Shown in pieces: positions 49,492-58,584 of a stretch of DNA of 64,000 nucleotides (within the stretch, counting starts at the first letter, position 1; each line of letters opens with the position of its first letter). Location: the IMG/VR virus record IMGVR_UViG_3300042484_001802. One strand, 5' to 3'. Origin of the DNA: a virus. The position numbers and the translations under genes were made by a program. A model generated the notes under the pieces. That model searched no databases. It saw nothing but the letters and a program-made list of their open reading frames with translations, and was not told the origin of the DNA.

Positions 49492-50675
49492 TGACAGAAA
49501 CATTTTGCCCACTACCATTTATTCATTTTAACGCATATCCAGACAAACAAATTAAACCTTGTTGCTACTCGCAATCATTTTTTGAAAATACCACATTAAA
49601 AAATCAAGATATTGTTACCGCTTTTAATTCTGAAGAATACCAGAAACTACGAAATGATTTACTAAATGGCGTTGAACACAAGTTCTGTGATGTTTGTTGG
49701 AAAACAGAAAAAAATGGTGGAGAAAGCCAAAGAAATAAATGGTCTAATTTTTATAAAGATAAAAAAGAAGACATTATCCAAAAAACAAAAAAAGATGGGT
49801 ATTATCGACCTGACTTTGTTTCTTTAGATTTAAGACCTTCAAATATATGTAATTTCAAGTGTAGAACATGTACTCCAGATTTTTCAACAACCTGGATTGA
49901 TGAAAGAACTAAATTTAGGGAAATTATGGGCAATGAGTTTGAAGATTATAAAACTCAAATTACATCATTTGACATTCCACAAGAAAATATTGATAACCTA
50001 GAGAAAATCTATTTTGCTGGTGGTGAACCATTGTATATGGATGAGATGTATAAGTTTCTAGACAAGATTAAAAATAAACAAAATACTGAAGTGTATTTTA
50101 ATACTAATTTTAGTATTGTAAAACACAAAAATCAATCGGTTTTTGATTTATTTAAAGGGTTTAAAAACGTACACTTTGCAATATCTTGTGATGGTTATGG
50201 TGCCATTGGTGAATATGTTAGAACTAATTTTAAGTGGGATGCGTTTAAAGAAAATGTTAACATGTTAACCAACATTATAAACAACGGAACTAATTTTTCA
50301 TATGGTTTTCAATATACCTCATCATTATTAAATTGTTTTCATTTTTTTGATTTTAGGGATAAATTGTACGAGTTGAATTTTATCTCAAACGACAATCAAT
50401 TACAATTTGGGGTGGCGGAGTATCCGTTTTGGTTAAATCCAGCACATTTTGATTTAAAAGATGAGGTTATTAGGTATTTTGAAAGTAAAATAGATACAAT
50501 ACAAAATAGTTCGTTGCGCACTGAATTGAACAATTACATGATTTACTTGAAAACCTTCAACGACCCTCATTTTTATGCCTTGCATTATTTAAAAAATTTC
50601 ATTAAATTAGGTGATGAGACCAATAACACGGTTTTACCTGAAGAATTAACATATCTAAAAAAATATCTTATATGA
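49491..50675 (+). CDS. Radical SAM protein with an N-terminal SPASM/Twitch-like Cys cluster
   Basis: Likely start is ATG 49491 (MTETFCPLPF); PCC, CDVC, CNFKCRTC, AGGEP. Confidence 0.9.
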   Translation: MTETFCPLPFIHFNAYPDKQIKPCCYSQSFFENTTLKNQDIVTAFNSEEYQKLRNDLLNGVEHKFCDVCWKTEKNGGESQRNKWSNFYKDKKEDIIQKTKKDGYYRPDFVSLDLRPSNICNFKCRTCTPDFSTTWIDERTKFREIMGNEFEDYKTQITSFDIPQENIDNLEKIYFAGGEPLYMDEMYKFLDKIKNKQNTEVYFNTNFSIVKHKNQSVFDLFKGFKNVHFAISCDGYGAIGEYVRTNFKWDAFKENVNMLTNIINNGTNFSYGFQYTSSLLNCFHFFDFRDKLYELNFISNDNQLQFGVAEYPFWLNPAHFDLKDEVIRYFESKIDTIQNSSLRTELNNYMIYLKTFNDPHFYALHYLKNFIKLGDETNNTVLPEELTYLKKYLI

Positions 50676-51193
50676 CCTACAAAGACGAATTAACTAGAGC
50701 CATGACATATATTGGAGAACAAGAAAATAGTGTCTTCATGGGACAATCTGTGGCTTTCCCTGGAACATCATTGTATGGTACATTAACAAATGTATCTAAA
50801 GATAAATTAATTGAATTTCCGGTATTGGAAGAAACCCAAACAGGCGTTGCGTTAGGGATGAGTTTAACCGATAAGTGTGTTGTGTCAATTTACCCAAGAT
50901 GGGACTTTTTAATATTGGCGACTAATCAATTGGTGAATCACATAGATAAGTTTGAATTGATGACAGGACACGCACCACACGTAATCATTAGAGTTGGTGT
51001 TGGTAGCACAAACCCATTGGACCCCGGACATCAACATAAAGCAGATTATACAGAAGCATTTAAATTATTAATGCAACAAGTTGAGGTTATAAATTTAACT
51101 GAAGCAAATCAAGTTTTCGATACATATAAAAGGGCGTATGATAACAAAAAACCAATAATCATTTGTGAATACCCCGACCTATACAATGCATAG
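50672..51193 (+). CDS. TPP-dependent E1 beta/transketolase pyrimidine-binding domain (no C-terminal domain)
   Basis: MGQSV, EFPVLEETQTGVALG, NQLVN, GHQH. Confidence 0.85.
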   Translation: MTYKDELTRAMTYIGEQENSVFMGQSVAFPGTSLYGTLTNVSKDKLIEFPVLEETQTGVALGMSLTDKCVVSIYPRWDFLILATNQLVNHIDKFELMTGHAPHVIIRVGVGSTNPLDPGHQHKADYTEAFKLLMQQVEVINLTEANQVFDTYKRAYDNKKPIIICEYPDLYNA

Positions 51194-52547
51194 ACCAACT
51201 TTTGGATACGATATAATAACACCTAGGGGTGAATTACCTAATGGATTAGATCCTGCTAGATTTAAATTCATTTATGACCAAGTTAAATGGAACTTTAGGG
51301 AGATATTGTATTTTAATAGTTTAGATACTAATCCAGTTTATTTAGCTGGGCACTTTGACCACAAAATAATTAAAAAAAGTGTTTATGAAATCCACAAAAA
51401 TAGACAACAAGGTATAAACGAAGTATGGTATTATACAATAGAACCATTTGGTAATTTCAGGGGATTTTTGGGTCTGTTAAATGGTAAAGTGGATGATGAA
51501 TTCACTATACATATGTCAGATATTGCAAAACACGAAATAATCTCAGGGAACGGTCGTTTATTGATCAATTACACTATTGATGGGGGTATCGATGTTAATA
51601 GAAACACAATAACTAAATTGTTTGAACTTTTAAAAGCAACAAACATCCCATTTCGTAAGATTTACTTTCTTATGAATGATATTAATTTTAAAGGTAATCT
51701 TGAAAAAATTAGTGGGATTCAAAATTTAAATGTGTTTCATTTTAATTTAGCGTTGATGCAAAAGTCAAATGAAATATATAATACATTATTACATGAAGGT
51801 CGTTATTTCTTTTGGAAAAATAATACTTCATTTGTTTCCAAAGTTACACGTATTGAAGATTTCGAATTAAATTTAACCAAAAAGGATAAGAAATTTTTGA
51901 TGTTAAATCGTAACTGGAAGATGCATAGATTGGAGTTAATTAAAACACTCAGGGATAACGGTTTATTGGAAGATTCATTGGTATCGTGGGATAAGAATAT
52001 GGTTAGCCACAGCGAAGCAAGAGCATTTATTGAAAAATATGACGATGCTGAGTTAATGGAAATCATGAAGAACGAATCATCGATTTTAGATTATCCAGAT
52101 ATCGCAAATGTTCATGGTTATGGTTTTGAAACAAAAGAAATATACTTACAAAGTTTTTTTCATATTGTTGGTGAAACTATTTATTATCAAGATGACACAC
52201 CATCTGGATACGTTTCAGAAAAACCGTTTAAACCAATGGCACACTTTCAACCATTTATATTTGCGGGACCGGCCGGTGTTATTAAACATTTGAATGAATT
52301 AGGATTTAAATCTTTTCACCCATATATTGATGAAACATATGATTCGATTACGGATGATAATGAGAGAATGAAAGCAATTTGTAACGAAGTCATTCGTCTA
52401 GGTAAACTAACTAAAGATGAAATGATTGATATTACGATGAAATTAAAAAGTGTTTTATACCACAACTATAGGATGCTATTTAATATTGGCTCACCAAAGC
52501 TCCAAGACGATAATAGAAATAACGTAATTGAATTTTTAAATAAATAA
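51186..52547 (+). CDS. Putative GT10-like glycosyltransferase, paralogue B
   Basis: FLMLNR...HR, IVGET...YVSEKPFKP...QPFIFAG...LGFKSF...IDETYD. Confidence 0.5.
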   Translation: MHRPTFGYDIITPRGELPNGLDPARFKFIYDQVKWNFREILYFNSLDTNPVYLAGHFDHKIIKKSVYEIHKNRQQGINEVWYYTIEPFGNFRGFLGLLNGKVDDEFTIHMSDIAKHEIISGNGRLLINYTIDGGIDVNRNTITKLFELLKATNIPFRKIYFLMNDINFKGNLEKISGIQNLNVFHFNLALMQKSNEIYNTLLHEGRYFFWKNNTSFVSKVTRIEDFELNLTKKDKKFLMLNRNWKMHRLELIKTLRDNGLLEDSLVSWDKNMVSHSEARAFIEKYDDAELMEIMKNESSILDYPDIANVHGYGFETKEIYLQSFFHIVGETIYYQDDTPSGYVSEKPFKPMAHFQPFIFAGPAGVIKHLNELGFKSFHPYIDETYDSITDDNERMKAICNEVIRLGKLTKDEMIDITMKLKSVLYHNYRMLFNIGSPKLQDDNRNNVIEFLNK

Positions 52548-54226
52548 TGAGTTATATAATTGGGATATCGGCATACTATCACGATTCTTCAGCTTGTTTG
52601 TTGAAGGATGGCGAATTGTTGTTTGCGTGTGAAGAAGAAAAATTCACAGGCATAAAACATGATAGTTCATTCCCAAATAAAACTATTGAATATATCTTTA
52701 AAAAGTATAATTTAACTAAAAAAGATATTGAGGCAGTATGTTATTATGAAGATTTAGATTTAAAATTACAAAGAGTTATTAATAACTCAAAAAAAGTTTT
52801 CCTTAAGGCACCAATATATGCTATTAAGAATGTATATAATGTTTTAAAAAACAAAAAAGATGTTAAGAAGAATTTAGCAAAAATATCTGATAAGGTTTTC
52901 TACTCTAAACATCACGACTCACATACATACTATTCATTTTATACATCACCATTTAATGACGCTGTTGTTTTATCGGTTGATGGTGTTGGTGAAAGTGAAA
53001 CAATACAAATTGCCACCATCTATAATAATAAGTTATATCAAATACCACACACAGAATACCCAAACTCATTAGGGTTATTTTATTCTGCTATGACATCTTT
53101 CTTAGGGTTTAAACCCAATGAAGGTGAATATAAAGTAATGGGTTTGGCATCTTATGGAAACCCTAAAAAATATAGACAAAAAATAGATTCATTAATTTCG
53201 TACAAACAAGGGTTTTTAACTTGCAATATGGATTGTTTTGTTTGGGATAGAAGTGACAAGGTTATGTTTAATCATAACCTATCAAAAAAATTAGGGATTG
53301 AAAATAGATTACCAGATGAAAAACTAACAGTACAACATCACGATTTAGCGGCCGCGGTTCAAGAAACCTACGAAGTTATTTTAAGTAAAATACTAGAAGA
53401 GATATCAATATTAACTAACACTAGAAATTTATGTCTTAGCGGTGGCTGTGCTTACAACGGATCAGCAAATGGAAAGTTAACAAATAACGGTTGGTTTAAA
53501 AATTTATGGATACCTCCAGCACCATCTGATGCAGGATCGGCTATTGGTGCGTGTTTAAATTATCTGGACACTAATAATAAACTAACAAAAAAGATTGACA
53601 CAACACCGTTCTTAGGCCCAGAATACACTAATGAGGAATACTTGTCGGTTATCGATGAAGAAATAGTGAGATACAGTGAAATAAGTAGAGAAAAACTATT
53701 AAAATTAATTTCTACCGAATTATATAATGGCAAAGTTGTTGGATGGTTCCAGGGTAAAATTGAATTTGGTTCTAGAGCATTGGGTAACAGGTCGATACTA
53801 GCAAATCCAATGATAATTGGTATGCAAAAGAAGATTAATCGTGTTATAAAGAAGCGAGAACTTTTTAGACCATTTGCACCTATGGTGACAAAAGAAAATC
53901 AAACAAAATATTTTCTATATGACAAGGACGTGCCATATATGAATCAAGTTGTTAAGGTTAAAAAGGAATACGTTGGTAAGTTAATCGCAACAACTCACGT
54001 TGACGACACAGCTAGAATTCAAACAGTTACAAGTGAAAATAACGTATATGACTTATTAATTGAATTTGAAAAGATTAGTGGTGTATCAGTATTATTGAAC
54101 ACATCATTTAACGTTAAAGATAAAACAATGGTGTTAACACCACAAGATGCTATGGATACTTTTTTAGACACGGAAATGGATGTCTTAGTATTAGGTAATA
54201 ATGTAATTTATAAAAAAACAATATGA
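52547..54226 (+). CDS. Carbamoyltransferase (NodU/CmcH/TobZ family)
   Basis: YHDSSA, EEEKF..IKH, HHDSH, DGVGE, GEYKVMGLASYG, GGCAYN, EFGSRALGNRSIL, FRPFAP, LLNTSFN. Confidence 0.95.
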   Translation: MSYIIGISAYYHDSSACLLKDGELLFACEEEKFTGIKHDSSFPNKTIEYIFKKYNLTKKDIEAVCYYEDLDLKLQRVINNSKKVFLKAPIYAIKNVYNVLKNKKDVKKNLAKISDKVFYSKHHDSHTYYSFYTSPFNDAVVLSVDGVGESETIQIATIYNNKLYQIPHTEYPNSLGLFYSAMTSFLGFKPNEGEYKVMGLASYGNPKKYRQKIDSLISYKQGFLTCNMDCFVWDRSDKVMFNHNLSKKLGIENRLPDEKLTVQHHDLAAAVQETYEVILSKILEEISILTNTRNLCLSGGCAYNGSANGKLTNNGWFKNLWIPPAPSDAGSAIGACLNYLDTNNKLTKKIDTTPFLGPEYTNEEYLSVIDEEIVRYSEISREKLLKLISTELYNGKVVGWFQGKIEFGSRALGNRSILANPMIIGMQKKINRVIKKRELFRPFAPMVTKENQTKYFLYDKDVPYMNQVVKVKKEYVGKLIATTHVDDTARIQTVTSENNVYDLLIEFEKISGVSVLLNTSFNVKDKTMVLTPQDAMDTFLDTEMDVLVLGNNVIYKKTI

Positions 54227-54339
54227 AAAAATTAATTAAATGGTTCTTAGATAAGATTGAAAGAATCAAAAGAGATCGTAAACTTAAAAAGAAAATTGCT
54301 GAGTTAAAGAAGAGAGACCCATTCATTTATAAACACTAA
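54223..54339 (+). CDS. Small basic protein ending KKRDPFIYKH (38 aa)
   Basis: ATGA overlap with the carbamoyltransferase stop; MKKLIKWFLDKIERIKRDRKLKKKIAELKKRDPFIYKH. Confidence 0.65.
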   Translation: MKKLIKWFLDKIERIKRDRKLKKKIAELKKRDPFIYKH

Positions 54340-54350
54340 AAACATTACAA

Positions 54351-55472
54351 TTGGAAAACAAGGAAATATTAAAAGATTACGTTTGCTTAATGCCATTCTT
54401 ATCCACCGACGTTCAGCAAGCATCACAATTCGTTTGTTGCCCATCTTGGTGCTTTAAAAGTTTAAGAGTAGATGAGAATGGCGAAGAAGAAGATTGGGCA
54501 TCTTACTTTGACACTAGCGCAGACGTAATGAGGAACTGGACATCAACGCCAGCACATGACATTAGAAAATCAATGGTTGATGGTTCATACAGACATTGCA
54601 ATCATGTAGTGTGTCCAAGATTAAATCAATTAATCAATGGTAGTGAGACCACGCCATATATGTTTATGAAGAAGGAAGAATTTCAAAAAACCTTTAACAT
54701 ATACAATGAGGAAGATTTAAAAAAGTTTGACACGCCACCAGAAGAAATATTGTTTGGGTTTGATAGAAGTTGCAATCTTAAATGTCCTAGCTGTAGGGTA
54801 AACTTAATACCAAATGACAATGTCGAATCTGAGGATTATAAAAATAAATTACATCTACTAAACTCAATCGAGAAGAATTTTGCTAGTAATTTAAAAAGAA
54901 TAATGATAACCGGTAGTGGTGATCCGTTCTATTCTAAAATCTATCGCGATTACTTAATAAATTTTGACAGTAGTAAGTACCCCAAGTTAGAAGCGTTACA
55001 GATTATAACCAATGGTAACTTATTAAACGAAAAAATGTGGAATTCAATGAAAGCAACTCCACATATTAAAATCATTGAGATTAGTATTGATGCCGGAACT
55101 AAAGACACATATGAGAACAAAACAAGGTTAAATGGTAAATGGGATGTGTTAATGGAAAATCTACGTTTTTTAAGTACCCAGAATCACATTATTGAGGAGT
55201 TTGTGTTATCAATGGTTGTTAGTAAACACAACTATAAAGAAATGTATACATTTTACGAATTGATAACAAACATATTTAAAAATTCAAATTTTAAATGGGG
55301 ACTATCAATCAACTATAGACAATTGGTTGATTGGGGCACATTTTCTAAAGAAACATTAGAAGAATTACAGGTTTTCAACATAGAACACCCTGATTATCAA
55401 GATTTTATGTCTGAATTAAAAAAAATACACAACCAGCCGTTTGTTAATCATAATTTCAACCATCTTCTATAG
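54351..55472 (+). CDS. Radical SAM protein with an N-terminal Cys cluster
   Basis: CLMPF, VCCPSW, C...CP, CNLKCPSC, TGSGDPF; TTG start. Confidence 0.9.
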   Translation: MENKEILKDYVCLMPFLSTDVQQASQFVCCPSWCFKSLRVDENGEEEDWASYFDTSADVMRNWTSTPAHDIRKSMVDGSYRHCNHVVCPRLNQLINGSETTPYMFMKKEEFQKTFNIYNEEDLKKFDTPPEEILFGFDRSCNLKCPSCRVNLIPNDNVESEDYKNKLHLLNSIEKNFASNLKRIMITGSGDPFYSKIYRDYLINFDSSKYPKLEALQIITNGNLLNEKMWNSMKATPHIKIIEISIDAGTKDTYENKTRLNGKWDVLMENLRFLSTQNHIIEEFVLSMVVSKHNYKEMYTFYELITNIFKNSNFKWGLSINYRQLVDWGTFSKETLEELQVFNIEHPDYQDFMSELKKIHNQPFVNHNFNHLL

Positions 55473-55504
55473 GTTTTTTGATTTTTTTTAGTTATATTAG
55501 TAAT

Positions 55505-55939
55505 ATGATATACTGGTTAACAGGCCAACCTGGCGCAGGAAAAACAACCTTAGCAAAATACTTAGTGGAATACTTTCCGAAAGATGAGGTTACTCACATC
55601 GATGGAGATGACTTAAGGGACATCTTTAAAAACAAGGACTATTCCATAACAGGTAGAAGATTAAACATCCAAAGAGCACAATACATTGCACAATTCATGC
55701 ATAGTAAGGGACATAATGTTATTGTGTCCTTAGTTTCACCATATCGAGACCAAAGAGAAGAATTTAAATTTAGCACATCGGTTGTTGAGATTTATGTACA
55801 CACCACAGAAGATAGAGGTAGGAACCAATTTCATGTTGAGGAATATGAACCACCATTAGAAAATTTTATAGACATAGATACAACAATAAAAAACGAAACA
55901 GATTCGTATTTTGAACTATTAAAAAAATTATCATTATGA
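55505..55939 (+). CDS. cysC: Adenylyl-sulfate (APS) kinase
   Basis: WLTGQPGAGKTT, IDGDDLR, VSLVSPY, YEPP; likely start is ATG 55505. Confidence 0.85.
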   Translation: MIYWLTGQPGAGKTTLAKYLVEYFPKDEVTHIDGDDLRDIFKNKDYSITGRRLNIQRAQYIAQFMHSKGHNVIVSLVSPYRDQREEFKFSTSVVEIYVHTTEDRGRNQFHVEEYEPPLENFIDIDTTIKNETDSYFELLKKLSL

Positions 55940-56451
55940 TGACAAATGGTATTATCATTGACAATTTTTTAGACAATGTTGATGAAATAAGAGAGGAAGC
56001 GTTGTTATTAGATTATACTAAATCATTACCCGAAAGTGAAGGTTGGAAAGGGTTTAGGTGTTTAAATGGAAACATGTTGACACTTGATTTACATGAAAAA
56101 ATTAAAGAAAAGTTAGTTGAAACTAATATAAAATTTGATAATTGTGATATGAGGTGTTTTTTTCATTATACATTGGAAGAACATAATGTAGGTAAAAAAA
56201 ACACACATCGTGATTATGGTTTTGATTATGCTGGGGTTTTATACCTAGCACCAAACCCACAAAAAAATTCAGGTACGTCTTTTTATAATGATTTAGGTGA
56301 AGAAACCGGTTACTTGGAAAACGTTTATAATAGATTAGTAATTTATCCAGCGAATGAGTTACACTCTTTAAAAGAATCTTTTGGTAACGATATTAATAAT
56401 GGTAGATTAACTTTCACGTTTTTTTGTAAATTAAAAAATAACAATATATGA
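55936..56451 (+). CDS. 2OG-Fe(II) oxygenase-like (DUF6445-like)
   Basis: IIDNFL, HRD, AGVLYL, GTSFY, NRLVIY...LH, RLT..FF. Confidence 0.75.
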   Translation: MMTNGIIIDNFLDNVDEIREEALLLDYTKSLPESEGWKGFRCLNGNMLTLDLHEKIKEKLVETNIKFDNCDMRCFFHYTLEEHNVGKKNTHRDYGFDYAGVLYLAPNPQKNSGTSFYNDLGEETGYLENVYNRLVIYPANELHSLKESFGNDINNGRLTFTFFCKLKNNNI

Positions 56452-56828
56452 GTAAGAAATATGCAATGTACATCGGTAGGTGGCAAAATTGGCATAAAGG
56501 TCACGAATGGTTGATCCGTCAACAAATGGACCAAGGTAAGAACATATGGGTAGCTATTAGGGATGTTGAAGTTGACGAGAACAACCCTAAAACAGCTCAA
56601 GAGGTTTTTCAAATGTTAATCCAGGAGCCCTTTTTTAACGAGAATTTTGATAAGATTTTACTATCAATTATCCCAGATATTGAATCGGTTAATTATGGTA
56701 GAGGTGTTGGTTACGATGTTATTTATCACGAGCCACCGGCGGATGTTGCGGTAATAAGCGGAACTGCTATTAGAACTGGACATATGACCGCTGATGGCTC
56801 AATAAAATATGACCAAACAAAAGGATAA
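56448..56828 (+). CDS. Minimal HxGH nucleotidyltransferase (cytidylyltransferase/ATP-sulfurylase-like)
   Basis: IGRWQNWHKGH, YGRGVGY, ISGTAIR. Confidence 0.75.
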   Translation: MSKKYAMYIGRWQNWHKGHEWLIRQQMDQGKNIWVAIRDVEVDENNPKTAQEVFQMLIQEPFFNENFDKILLSIIPDIESVNYGRGVGYDVIYHEPPADVAVISGTAIRTGHMTADGSIKYDQTKG

Positions 56829-57043
56829 TGATTGTAGAACGTAAACGACATATAGCCAAAACAATATCCTATCGTATTATAAGCACTATAATAGGTTTCC
56901 TTATAATGTGGTGGGTTAGTGGATCTATTAAGATTGGTGCAACCTTTGGTGTGGCTGAATTAGTATACAAACCTATTCAATATTACCTACATGAAAGGAT
57001 TTGGTATAGATGGATAAAGTTCGGGGTAAAAGATAAAAAATAA
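56828..57043 (+). CDS. DUF2061-like small membrane protein
   Basis: RHIAKTISYRII...YYLHERIW. Confidence 0.8.
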   Translation: MIVERKRHIAKTISYRIISTIIGFLIMWWVSGSIKIGATFGVAELVYKPIQYYLHERIWYRWIKFGVKDKK

Positions 57044-57067
57044 GTATTTATATATAAATTAGAAAAT

Positions 57068-58555
57068 ATGAGAACAGTATTGATAGGATCAGATTTTATG
57101 TACGATAAGGATGGTAATTTAAGACCCATTGAAATAAACACTGCGGTTGGTTGGGATGGTCCCGAAAAAGTCGAGGAAGATGTTGATTGTTTGGATTTAA
57201 CAAATTTATATCAATTTGTTGAGGATAATAATTTCCAAACGATACATTATGTTGGTGATATTGGTCCATTACACGTGACATTAATGACACATTATAGCGG
57301 AAGTTCTGTTACATATGAATTTCACGGGGTTGGTGCAACTTCCATTACAGTTCCATACATAGAAGATACTGAAACGACTTTAATTATTAGGAGTGCATAT
57401 GACACAACAGCACTAGTGGATGACACATATTGTAAGGATAAAATAGAGTTCATGAATCTAATTAAAGATTCTTCTTTTGGCTCCCAATTTGCGTACATTG
57501 ACGAAAATAACACATTGGTGTCAAATATCACATCTATAAATGATAACGGCGAACACCCTAATTTTATTTTAAAATCTAGATTTCCAGGTTATGACAAGTT
57601 AATTTATCCAAAATTTTTTAAAGTTACAACTCAATCTGAATTAGACACTATAATAGCAAATAATGTTACAAGTGAGTATTTTTTAATGGAGTACCTATGT
57701 AACGTCAATAAACTATGGGAAGGGCATTTAACGGTGATAAGAAGTTTAAACATTTTAGTCCCACCAAATTTAGAATCAATTCAAATTGGCCAATATACAA
57801 AATTGAATCAAAATATGTTACTAGATAATGTGACATATGATTCAATCACATTTGAAGTATATTCAGATTTCAAAGAGAGTTATAGTACAAACCCACCTAC
57901 CGGTTTTCAACCTAAATTATTGAATACTGATATGGTAGAAATGGCAGATGGGACATTAAAAACTGCATTGGATTTACAAATTGGGGACGTTATTAAAACA
58001 ATTGAAATACCAAATGAAAAGGGAACTAGTATAGATAGTTACGTATCCTCCGAATTTGGGCTTACGTACGATACGTTGGTAAGTGATGCAATATATACAA
58101 CTAATGTCGTAACCAAAAAACAAAAAGTAAACACCTTAACTTTTATAAATGAATTAACATTTGAAGATGCTAGTACCTGGGAAGATACTATGGGCTCAAA
58201 GTATTTGATAGACAGAGAAGGTGTGGTTATGTTTAAATCATTATGGGGGATATTTCCAGGAGATGTGGTTATATTATTAGATACTACTGATGATAATATA
58301 AATTTTGTAAGAAAAACAGTTACATCAAATATTCAAGTTAAGAGAGTGTTCTCTGGTTGGTTTATTTCAGTTGATACCGCTATGTTATTTTTAACTAAAA
58401 CAGCCGGGTCAACCAATAACGAATCATATGTTTCAATTGAACATAACCTTATATCTTGTCCCAATTGGACATGTACAAACGCTTGCTGGTCCATCTGTCC
58501 ATCATGTCCGAAGTATATGTCTTGTCAATCTAATTACTGTTTTCCAGTATGTTAA
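57068..58555 (+). CDS. Circularly permuted ATP-grasp-like domain + Hint domain + C-terminal Cys-rich peptide
   Basis: N-terminal GSDFMYDKDGNLRPIEINT (D...ExN), DK, ILKSR, LMEY; Hint block A-like VEMADGTLKTALDLQIGDVI (about aa 283); terminal IEHN (aa 460); then 35 aa with 8 Cys. Confidence 0.7.
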   Translation: MRTVLIGSDFMYDKDGNLRPIEINTAVGWDGPEKVEEDVDCLDLTNLYQFVEDNNFQTIHYVGDIGPLHVTLMTHYSGSSVTYEFHGVGATSITVPYIEDTETTLIIRSAYDTTALVDDTYCKDKIEFMNLIKDSSFGSQFAYIDENNTLVSNITSINDNGEHPNFILKSRFPGYDKLIYPKFFKVTTQSELDTIIANNVTSEYFLMEYLCNVNKLWEGHLTVIRSLNILVPPNLESIQIGQYTKLNQNMLLDNVTYDSITFEVYSDFKESYSTNPPTGFQPKLLNTDMVEMADGTLKTALDLQIGDVIKTIEIPNEKGTSIDSYVSSEFGLTYDTLVSDAIYTTNVVTKKQKVNTLTFINELTFEDASTWEDTMGSKYLIDREGVVMFKSLWGIFPGDVVILLDTTDDNINFVRKTVTSNIQVKRVFSGWFISVDTAMLFLTKTAGSTNNESYVSIEHNLISCPNWTCTNACWSICPSCPKYMSCQSNYCFPVC

Positions 58556-58584
58556 TAACCTTCTTAAATAAATTTAAATAAAAA

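Noticed and set aside
43807-51193. Pyruvate dehydrogenase auxiliary metabolic genes
   Set aside because: Both subunits are truncated, no E2/E3 in the window, and the context is sugar tailoring.
57914-58447. Canonical splicing intein or mobile element
   Set aside because: No N-terminal Cys/Ser, no block-B His, +1 residue is Leu, no homing endonuclease; reported instead as a C-cleaving Hint domain.
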